DNA of 63,993 bases, counting the filler, from Porpidia crustulata (taxonomy: Eukaryota): the NCBI GenBank assembly GCA_964255105.1. It is 17 parts of 17 records of this genome, joined end to end, with 100 filler letters (N's around TTAATTAATTAA, not from the genome) between each part and the next. Parts side by side here need not be neighbours in the genome. Positions count along the whole stretch, not along the records: positions 11,590 to 15,342 come from CAXUWE010002238.1; positions 15,443 to 19,194 come from CAXUWE010002239.1; positions 19,295 to 23,046 come from CAXUWE010002240.1; 14 more parts are not named here. One strand, written 5' to 3'. The notes under the pieces were generated by a model. That model saw only the letters and a list, made by a program, of their open reading frames with translations. It was not told the origin of the DNA and made no database searches. The translations under genes and the position numbers were made by a program. Below, piece after piece: positions 11,641 through 21,014 of this stretch; the first letter of the stretch is position 1; every line of letters begins with the position of its first letter.

Positions 11641-12395
11641 TGAGGTGGGATTGGAGGGATTTGAGGGAGTCGATCGAGAAGCTTGTGTTATCGAAGCATT
11701 TCGGCGTGGTGGTGAAGAGGAGCTCTTGCGGCATTTCGTCTGCGCCACGGCCTACGAGTACTTTGCCGCTAGATATCTAAATTACCACGCTCAAAGCCAC
11801 ATAAGAAACTGGCCCAACTGGGAAGTGTAATGGAAAAATAGCATTCAGGAGAATACGTATAAATAGTGATCTTTCGTGATAAAGCGTTTATTCTTCATGA
11901 GTAATCTTACACACAATTCACGTACTTGCGTCCATTGAATCAATGTAGTCCGGATTCTGTATTAACATTGACAGAGAGTATTCTGTAGAGTACTTCTTCA
12001 CCTACACGAACTTGTAGTCGGACCCTGAACTACTGGCTGCGCTTTGAATTGAGCTTCGATCGTGTAAAGGGGCGATCTCACCTCGGTACTATTCAAGATT
12101 GGATCTTAGCATCGAGTGAGATCCACGTGGGCGAAGCCTTATTCCTCACATTCGTGTCCTTTCTCCCCTTTGTGAATAGCTTGCTCCTTCTAAGACTGTT
12201 TTGATCGACAGCTTCTTCGCTTCCTCCCAAAGCCATTTGCTTGGCCGCTCATGCAGGCTCTCCTGGATCTGATACAATTGACTGGCGTTTGACGAGTACG
12301 GCCTTCCTACGCCGACACCTTGAGGTTTGGGCCGGCGATTCTTCGGAGATCCGCTTTAAATTCCTTTTTTCTGGAGTACCTACGACAACTTGCTT

Positions 12396-13406
12396 TTAGA
12401 TATCACCCAATCCACTCAAAAAGTCATCCGCTAGCTTCTTCCCCCTCTTCTCTTCGATTTTCCTCCTCCTGTCCTCTATCTCCTTCTTTCTCTTCTCAAC
12501 TCGCTCCTCTCTTTCCTTCCTTCCTCTCTCTGTCTCCTGCCTTTCCTTTTCCAAAGCCTCCATTTCTCTCTGCCTTCCCTCCTTGTCTCGACTAAAATTA
12601 TAAAAGCCCACTCCCTTACTTCTCACTTCTTTACTTGCATCGTAGTGTACCTCTTCTGGGGGCGTCATACTACGATCTCTTTTCTTCGCTATATTCTCCA
12701 TTTGCGTGGTAATGTTTGCGTCGGGGTTGAAGGCTGCAGCTTGGACGGTATCACCATAGATAACGTTGGATGGAGCTGCAGGACGAGCGGAAAACTGCTG
12801 AAGCTCTGCGAGCGCGTGCGATTGAGCATTACGTTGGCGTTGGAGTCGCACAACTTCGGCTTTCGTGCCCTGACGCTGCCGTCCATACTCGTCTTCGTAA
12901 TCAACCATCTCGTGTGAGCCTGGGTCATCGTCCTCCGAGTCGGAAGAAGAAGAGTCGCCACCATGTCCAGCTTCTTCCTTTTCCGCCCATTTGCGGTCAA
13001 AATCTACCAGAGAGTGTTCTTCTTTATTCGTAGCGCCTGTGGGGGGTACGTATTCACCCCGTTTCATGGATGCATAGAGACGGGCTTTCTCTTCCATTCT
13101 TCGTTTCGACCGGTGAAGGGTTGCTGGATCAACGGAGTCAAGGGAAGTTTGGTGCTTCTGTTCTAAGGAGGGGCCATCAGCAATGTCGGCCAGAGCGCGT
13201 TTTTTGGTGTTTTTGTTGTGGGTCGTAAATATGGAAGATTTGGAAGACTTTGCAGGGCGCGTACGACCAGAAGTCGGGGCTGTTGAGGGTTGAGCGAGAA
13301 GTGAGGAGAGTTGGGAGGTGAAGGCTAGAGTTGTGGAGGATGTTATTTCTTTGGATTTGGTAGATCTGGACCGGGGTAAACCATAAAGCGATGAGCCCGA
13401 CGCCAT
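12396..13406 (-). CDS. CCDC174/DUF4078 family nuclear coiled-coil protein
   Basis: ATG 13406 MASGSSLYG; motifs MEEKARLYASMKRG, LVDFDRKW, VDYEDEYGR.R.GT, HYDASKEVRSKGVGFYNFS. Confidence 0.85.
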   Translation of the reverse strand: MASGSSLYGLPRSRSTKSKEITSSTTLAFTSQLSSLLAQPSTAPTSGRTRPAKSSKSSIFTTHNKNTKKRALADIADGPSLEQKHQTSLDSVDPATLHRSKRRMEEKARLYASMKRGEYVPPTGATNKEEHSLVDFDRKWAEKEEAGHGGDSSSSDSEDDDPGSHEMVDYEDEYGRQRQGTKAEVVRLQRQRNAQSHALAELQQFSARPAAPSNVIYGDTVQAAAFNPDANITTQMENIAKKRDRSMTPPEEVHYDASKEVRSKGVGFYNFSRDKEGRQREMEALEKERQETERGRKEREERVEKRKKEIEDRRRKIEEKRGKKLADDFLSGLGDI

Positions 13407-13611
13407 CGCGAAGCTCAATACTGGTATCTTGATTTATGAAGATGTTCCAGAAAAGGCTCAGTGTATCGTGCTGTAAAAACTTAAGTGATAGCAATGTAGG
13501 CACAGAGCAGCTTGATGGAAGCGGGATGCTCAATGTAGGACGCTAAGATAACAGAGGGCTGACGATCTTATCGAACTGCCATCCACGCCCTCCAAGTCCA
13601 CCCCAAAAAGC

Positions 13612-13989
13612 TCACCGCTCACGACCCTTCCACCGCCTCTCCCTGGGCATCCTCCACAAACAAAGCCGGTTCCCAAACGGATCAATGACCTCCATCTCCC
13701 GCTGCCCCTCCACCACTCCCGGCTCCAGCCCGGGCCGCATGTACCGATACGCTTTCCCCGCCAGCTCGGCGTGGAGCTCGGCCAAGCCCGTGGTCGCAAC
13801 ACGCAAACGCATGCCGGGGCAGCTGTCGCCGTGGTGCTCACTCAGGTGCAGCACAAGCCCGGCGCGCGAGACCTGGCGGTAGAGCGGGGCGGCGTCATCG
13901 AAGCGGTGGTCCCAATCGACGGCGAAGCCGAGGTAGTCGACGGAGAAGATACGCAGGATCGGGATGGGGGGGTGGAATATGATGGGCAT
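13612..13989 (-). pseudogene. Bacterial-type glyoxalase/bleomycin-resistance (VOC) gene, probably degenerate
   Basis: PILRIF..DYLGF.VDWDHRF...APLY.QVSR.G.VLHLSEHHGD..PG...Y.YMRPG.....V.DPFGNRL; lacks the usual KAREFY segment and appears frameshifted after GNRL; intronless and GC-rich. Confidence 0.7.
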
Positions 13990-14605
13990 CGTGGTTGGGT
14001 GATGAGGTGGACGATGATAACAGCAGAGGGCAAGTAGCTAGGGCGCCGTCAAGGGTTCAGAATTCGTGTGACTAGATAGATACCTTGATACCCTGCCATC
14101 GCAAAGGCGGGGAAAATTACGTGAGGAATCTCTTAGAATCTTTCGAAGGTACGAGCTGCTCGATATCTTCAAGTTAAATTACGAACGGCATACTGCACCG
14201 CTTCCATATCCACTTTCTTCAGACAGATGGCATTGGTATAGTACTATGTTCGAAGTTAGTGTTTAGAAGATTCGCTATAGACCTTTTCCAATCTACTCTA
14301 TTGGTGTCTCGTTATAATAGGCACGCTCACACTTCGAAAGTGTCAGGGCACCGAGCTGAGAAGGGTGTGCTAGGGCCGCTAGGTGAAGAACAGAGATGCA
14401 AAGAGTGTAGCTACAGGATCCTATGTGACATCGACACCTCATCGACAGTCCATTTCTTCTTGATGGCAGGTTCATCCTCTTTCATCGCCCGTTCCAGCTC
14501 CTGCATCTTGATGATGTATACCTGAGTATATTTGGCTGATCCTCTTACATCTGAGTCTGCAGGAGACTTGGTCCCCCTCGCCCGTGGAAGTAATGCCGAT
14601 GGTCT

Positions 14606-14830
14606 GAAATTTCGTCCTAAAGCGCTTATTTTTATTGACAGATAGTTAAAACAATTAAATTTAACTAATCAGTTAAATGTTAATAAACGAAAAATTAAAA
14701 ATCAAGAAAACAATAAGTGATGAATAAAAATATCGAAAATTAAATCTGATTCGAACGTTTTAATTCGAACGTTTAAATTACGTGGTTTTAAATTACGTGA
14801 ATTCTGATTCAAGCGTTATTCTAATTCTTG
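14606..14830. repeat. AT-rich, RIP-like degenerate repeat remnant
   Basis: Abrupt AT-rich block with many TpA and retained CpG; internal duplications TTCGAACGTTT x2 and TAAATTACGTG x2. Confidence 0.45.
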
Positions 14831-14877
14831 AGGTCTTCCACCGAAGAAATATAACCACGAAGCAGGTTCTTGAAAAG

Positions 14878-15342
14878 ATGTCCTCACCGAAGAAGGTGTA
14901 CATAGTAATCATAGGTCAGTGTCAAAATAAGTCAATTTTATTAGTTCAGTGCAATTGGTCTTCTCAGAGATTGATCCGCCAATGCACTCATATTCAATCC
15001 GACAAAGTCTGAAAGTTTTTCGTTTGTATCCCTGTTTATTATCAATGCATGTTGAAGTAAATCACCCTAGAAAATTTGGTTGTTTCCTATCTGCCTAAGC
15101 CTCTCAAATACTTCCGTCTTCAAAATTCTCTTTTCCATCTCCAATATCTCCTCTAACAATGTCCAGGCGCCGGCGGCGTCGGCCGTGCCTTCATCTCCCA
15201 ACTCGGCTACTTGACCAAAACCTACCCTCACCTCCACCCCATCATCATCGCCCGCAGCCAAAAAGCCCTCATCGCCCCCGACTTCACCACGCCCCTCTCC
15301 CTCACAACCTGGGACCACGACCTCACCCACAGCCAACAACCC
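14878..15342 (+). CDS. HOM6: Homoserine dehydrogenase (3'-partial)
   Basis: Exon 1 14878-14914, intron 14915-15166 (GTCAGT..CTAAC..CAG), exon 2 gives MSSPKKVYIVIIGAGGVGRAFISQL...IIARSQKALIAPDF, resembling the yeast Hom6 N-terminus (VAVIGAGVVGSAFLDQL). Confidence 0.8.
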
Positions 15343-15442
15343 NNNNNNNNNNNNNNNNNNNNNNNNNNNNNNNNNNNNNNNNNNNNTTAATTAATTAANN
15401 NNNNNNNNNNNNNNNNNNNNNNNNNNNNNNNNNNNNNNNNNN
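15343..15442. other. Artificial contig spacer
   Basis: 44N-TTAATTAATTAA-44N. Confidence 0.99.
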
Positions 15443-16883
15443 ATCTACGCTTACGTTCAGACATCGTAGCTAGGCGGAATCTGTTCCCCGTCGACAAGGA
15501 CACCTTCGCTTTCGACCTCGCGCCAAGGGATACCTAGGACTGGAGGCGATACGCGCACGGTTTCGGTGATGCAAGCAGACGAGTACGAACAAGACGTTAG
15601 ATTAGGGCCAGGGCGTATATCACTGAGCTCGGAAAAGCTGTTGGTGATTTCGTTGGCGAGTTTGGCGAGGACTTCTGGATGATGCGCCAGGTAGAAAAAG
15701 ATGGCGCTCAAGGCGATGGCGGTAGTGTCGGATCCTAGACGAAGAATAATTAGATGTCGAGTAAGAAAGGCGCTGGGAAGAAAAACCGGCGAGAATCATA
15801 AAAGAACCCTCTGCCCAGAGTTCCAAATCTGATAAGCCTTTCCCGGTCTCTGGGTCTCTAGAGTCTTGGACTATATCGAAGCGCCTCTTTGGTTTGTCGT
15901 TACATCGATTGATGATGACCGAGGCGAAGCTATTACTCCAAGATCGAAACTTCTTCTGTAAGTCTGCACCGTATCTAAGCATGGAGGCGAATCTTTCAAC
16001 GCTCAAAGTTGCAAGTCGTGGATATTGCTCGTATATCCCCATTCGCCACGAGTAATTTTGAATAACCTTGGTTATGTAGTCCAGACTCTGGTCTTTTTGC
16101 AGCCGAACATTCTGGCCGAATCCAAAGTCGCACATGACGTCTAATGTAAGCCGGATACCTATACGAGTCAGTAACATGGAGGGAGTTGAGTGAGGGAACC
16201 CTGACAGAGAACACTCATATCTTTGAGGCTGGACCAATCATTGGCATCAGTGTCCTCGCGAAGCTTTCTAAGAAAAGTATCTAGATGGTGAATCATTTTG
16301 GGTTGGAACTCCTTTAGTCCATCGTCCGAGAGTGTTTTGGAGATGATCTTGCGCCTTTGGCGGTGCTTTTGCTTGTCAACCATTGTTAGAGTACTCCAGG
16401 CACCCTTTTCGGGAACCATGGGAAGATACGATTTGGATTTTCGCACTTTCTTGCTTTACCCATAAATATCTGAGACCGCCCAGTGTTCAGTATCAAGCAG
16501 CGTCTAGAGGCTAAGTAAAAGAACACACCTTGTAATCCAAGATTTGAATTCATAACAACTCTGTCTGGGCCGTAACGGACGTGATTGCCTAAAGAAAAGC
16601 GATCGTCATACAGAACCTTTGTTCGAAGGTCTCGATGCACTGACCATATCGTTCGTGGCAACGAGTGACATCCAAATGAAGATCACCGACCCAGGTCTGA
16701 TAAGCAGCACGAAAGCTAGTAAGGAAGGGTCCCGGGTATTTTGCTGACGGATGAAAAGCGATTCTGTAGATGACAATGGAAATGAGCTATAATTGCTCAG
16801 TCTCTTCCTCATAGAAATAATAAAATAATAGAACATACATATAAAATTTCCAACGCTGGGAAAAGGAGTGGAAAAGACATCAT
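15443..16883 (-). CDS. Cytochrome P450 (multi-exon, 3'-partial; in-frame TGA at 15457-15459)
   Basis: Spliced: YRIAFHPSAKYPGP, HERYG/NHVRYGPDRV, I-helix ILAG/SDTT, ExxR motif ACITETVRVSPPV, then VDGEQIPPSYDV-stop; heme motif lies beyond the contig end. Confidence 0.88.
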
Positions 16884-17860
16884 GAAGTTTGTAAGGATCA
16901 CCGTTTGTCTAATCATGTCGGAGACTTGCGGATGTTAGAATTCCAAATAGTATATACCAACACCTTCGTCTTCAGCTGGAGACTCGATGCTGCGCCATAC
17001 GACATCAACCAAGGCAGACAAAGGGTGGCATCCTCGTCAAGGATGTGCACAATGACTGAGATCAGATTACGTTCTTGCCTGGTGTGACAAGATTTATGCT
17101 TGGCAATAGATTTGGCCGACGGATTCTGTATAGTAGAAGCGCTTGCCTTCTCGGCACTGGCCCGATTGGTCCTGCTGTGGACCCAGGAAGTCTGATGACA
17201 ATGTTGAGAGAATTTCTATGCTTTAGTTGAGCCGGTTCGGGGACCACAATAATATGAGCGATCGGGAAGCATTCTGGAACTGATACTGTGGTAAATATCA
17301 TAATCGGGCACCGTATCGACAGGCTTCAAGGGGAGTCCACTCTCGGAAACGGACGTATGGAAGATTTGTCTACTTTTCGCTACTGCAGCAATAACGGCTG
17401 CCTGTTTTGGTTGAGGCGGAGTAGTCATCCATGACGTCCGGCTGCACAGATGGCACATTTGTGGTGCAGCACGGTGGGTGTACGTAAGAGTCTTAGGTGT
17501 TCAGTGTAGCTCTTTCCCATTTATGGTTAACACTTCGTATGTTCTCATGATCAGTAGGCTTGGAACAAAAACATGCAGGCCTAAAGCAGGTCATGAAGGG
17601 TGGCGCTGTACCTGGCATGCATAGAAGAGGCGCTAATTCAGCGGTGTGTCATTTGTGAGGTATCAAGCAGCCACGACCTACTCTCTAGTAAGCTAAGTAT
17701 GGAGAAAGGACTTAATCCGTATCAGATAACAGTGCATGCGGCTGAGGCGGTTTCGGTCATGCTATGCATGAATCCTTCTACCTCGCAGCTCGACGTTGCA
17801 CATATCGGGTCGCCAAAATCAGCCAAAAAATAGTTAATGAATAATTTTTTCCTGCGGCCC

Positions 17861-18949
17861 TCAGTGGGTCCCTGGCATGATCTTCTGCCCGACAGTAATC
17901 AGTCGCTCTATATTCCATGCCACGCCCTGGCGACTTTCCGCTAAAGCTTCTGCATAGAGGCTACGGAAATGTTTCCTCTTTTCCGCGGGGGCACGGTTGA
18001 TCAGCTCTTCCTGTATCAATAGATTGTTGGCCTGGGCAAACGATAGGTACGACTTTCGTGTCCACGTGCGGCTAGTGTTGGTATTGATCATGCCTTGCGC
18101 TTTTTGCGTGTCTCCGAGGTTGACTGGCCATCTACTTGCACAGTCAGAAAGCCACATCAGCTCTCGGATATTAAATACAGCCTACGATGAATACGGAGCG
18201 CGCATGAGCCCTTGGACCTCATCTTGAAGCTCTTTCAAGTCCTCTGACGAGTTTGCAGGGTTGCTTTTGACCATCTTTCTGCTCGAGAGATTAACCTCTC
18301 CCCATTGAAGATAGCCACCAGGTTTTGAAGAGACAACAGTTCAGCAACTATGACTCATATGGACCGTTAAGCCTCAGCTGTCGTCTTAATATGAAAAGGG
18401 GACAAACTTAGTAATTTTAGTAATTGCCGAAGAACAGGAAGAGGGTTATTCTCTTTGACGACCAAGATAAGATGTCTGACATGGACAACGTCAAACTTCT
18501 CCACCAGGCCTTCTGGAACCTTCTCGAATACGTTGAAATTACGGAAGCTGACATGGGGGGGCAACCATCCACTAGGAGGGATTTGATTGAGGCTGATATC
18601 TAAACCCTGAAGACGCGCTGAGGCTGGTAGCTTCTGGGCGAGATCGAGTAGCCATATTCTGCTCACTCATGTCAGTCACCTGCTGCTACTAGCTTTGGGC
18701 ATTCTCCAACGCACATACCCAGTTCCAGTACCTACATCGGCAATAGTTATACCCTCTCTTTCGATCGGGATTTCCGGATGCACTAGGTAGCCAAATTCCT
18801 CCTTCCAAATGTAATGCTGCAGGTTGAGCCTGAAAGTTGTCAGCACCCACCAGAAGTGTGGGTAACTACGGACAGAATCTACCTAGCAGTGGCGGCCAAA
18901 TTCCTGCTCAGAACAATGGATCATTTGAATTTTGGTTGCCTGATTACAT
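17861..18949 (-). pseudogene. SAM-dependent methyltransferase (LaeA-like family) pseudogene
   Basis: Exons give RLNLQHYIW, IADVGTGTG/IWLLDL, GLDIS, FDVVHVR, KPGGYLQW. Lesions: ATG-TAA at codon 2, 1-nt frameshift in exon 1, acceptor CAA instead of CAG at 18325. Confidence 0.8.
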
Positions 18950-19194
18950 TCTCCTGTAGTAGTGATTTGCGTAGCTGTGATCTAGTTGGAATAGAAAGGT
19001 GAAAGATCTCAATATAGGGAGGGGGCAACTTGTAACGATTGTAGTGTAAGGTAGACTGCCTAATCTCGGCTCTCAAGATCCTGCGAGATCACTGATTGAA
19101 GGCGAGTTGCTTCCCGATGGAACCATTCCCAAGATGTTGTCATAAGGTAGTACCGCAAAGCTGAGACCGTTACTGTAGGCTCAGAAGGCGGATC

Positions 19195-19294
19195 NNNNNN
19201 NNNNNNNNNNNNNNNNNNNNNNNNNNNNNNNNNNNNNNTTAATTAATTAANNNNNNNNNNNNNNNNNNNNNNNNNNNNNNNNNNNNNNNNNNNN
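19195..19294. other. Artificial contig spacer
   Basis: 44N-TTAATTAATTAA-44N. Confidence 0.99.
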
Positions 19295-20167
19295 GCTATT
19301 TTTACTTTGTTGGTTTTGGGGTTTCTTGTTTTGGTGCATGGGGGGGTTTCCCTTGGCTGTGGGGGAAGTTCCGAAGCACGGGGACGCCGCTGTGGAAAGT
19401 TCGGTCAGTCAGTTCAACTAAGTCGGCGAATGGCTGCTGCTTACATTTCCATAGACCCTTACATACGCTGGAGATCTCAGCAGTATCGAATCAACGTCGA
19501 AATTCACGGACGGATCCATCGACAAAATTGACGCCCCATCATGGAAATTCCCGTTCCCAATTCGCAGCGAAGCCGTCTCAGCTTGAACATTTTCAATTAT
19601 AGTGCGACTTTCCTCTCGTTCTAACCTCTGCCTCTGCTCCGTGACCGTTCGGCTACGATGCCATTAGCTTTTGTTTGCACATCTGACGTCTTTCCATGTA
19701 TACCATTGGAAAATAGTCAAGAGCAATTGTAACGCTCGGACCTGCCCTTCGAGATTCGAAATGTATTCTTTCAACGTATCCTCAAGCCATAGGTGTCTGA
19801 TCTTATCCTTCAGTCCAGGTGAATATCCGGCCTCACCAAGCTTCGTATCGATAACGCTAATCAGTATTGCGCAACAATTGAGAGAGACGGCCAGATCCTC
19901 GTCAAGCTGTCTGGAGGGTTTACTCGATGTTTGATCTGTAGATCTCCACTCTGCGATGGCTTGAAGGGCCGCTCTAATCGTTGAAAGCTGGCACAGGTTA
20001 GCTTGAGGACTGCAAAACACACAGACATTTCCTACTTGGCTCCCAACTAAGGTAGTGTTCAAGGCCACATTGTTATACTTATCCCTAACTTCATTGACTT
20101 TCTTAGCGGTGGCGGTCACGGTCGCAATGATAGTGAGAAGGCCACTGATGCCGCCAACAATCTCCAT
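19295..20167 (-). CDS. HeLo-like / fungal STAND N-terminal domain protein (3'-partial)
   Basis: Hydrophobic N-helix MEIVGGISGLLTIIATV, then SQLSTIRAAL..I..W, SL..C..L, K.R.LW.E..LK.....L.GQV.ALQLLL, and FDVDSILLRSPAYVRVY; introns 20035-19988 and two further downstream. Confidence 0.75.
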
Positions 20168-21014
20168 AGCTGCCCTGGCGAGGCACTGGGAAGTATGGCG
20201 GACGCAAGAACAGGCGCGACCTCAATACTTCAAACTCCATAATTGCTCAGGAGGCTGAGGGCTAAGTAGAGGGATATCGTCTGAAGGATTTGGATCTAAC
20301 GCGTTATCGTTTGGTGCGGCGCAGCAATTAAACGTGAGGTGGTGAAGCCCACGAATCGACTAAATCAAGTATTGGGTTGAGGCTGGTGCGGCACGGCTCG
20401 CAGAAAGGGGTGATTATTATCTCGATAGTCAACAGGTCTAAAATCTTAGAGCTAAGTCCCAGCAGAAGTATTTCCTATCAAAGTACGATGATACCGCAAA
20501 ATGATGCTAGATATGTGTTAGTTACCAAACTAATATCTTGGATCCGCTGAGGTGCACTCTAGAAGAAGCCCCCGCGGAAGGAGTTTTCGCCAACGCGCCT
20601 CATTCACGTCTGAAGACAGAGTCAATCAAGGCAAGAATGGGCGCGGACACCTAACATTCAGATTGCCTCCCTTTGGATTATGGAAGGCGCACAGGACTGT
20701 ACTCTCCATCCAGATGGCACGGTCGAGGACTAAGAAGACCACAGTAGCACTACCATCACAGCTAAATGGCGGATCGCCATTTCCTCTCTTTGTCCAGATG
20801 ATATTCGTCAACATTTGGTGATACTCGAAAGCAGAAATCCGATATGTCGTCAGGCTGATCCAGGAAGGAACAAAACTCAAGGTGAAAATGGACATTGAAT
20901 ATGCAGATGCCGGTCAAGCTACAAAAGCGGGACTCGTACAGTCAGTCGACGGAACAGCTGTGGCAAGTCATGGTATTACGACCTGTGAACGGTGATTTAT
21001 TGCTTCATAATTCA

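Noticed and set aside
14508..14556. C/D snoRNA-like boxes (TGATGA...CTGA...CTGA)
   Set aside because: Too short, no terminal stem and no rRNA-complementary guide that I could identify.
20552..20895. Short overlapping ORFs between the HeLo-like and PGDH genes
   Set aside because: No motifs or splice support; likely intergenic or UTR.
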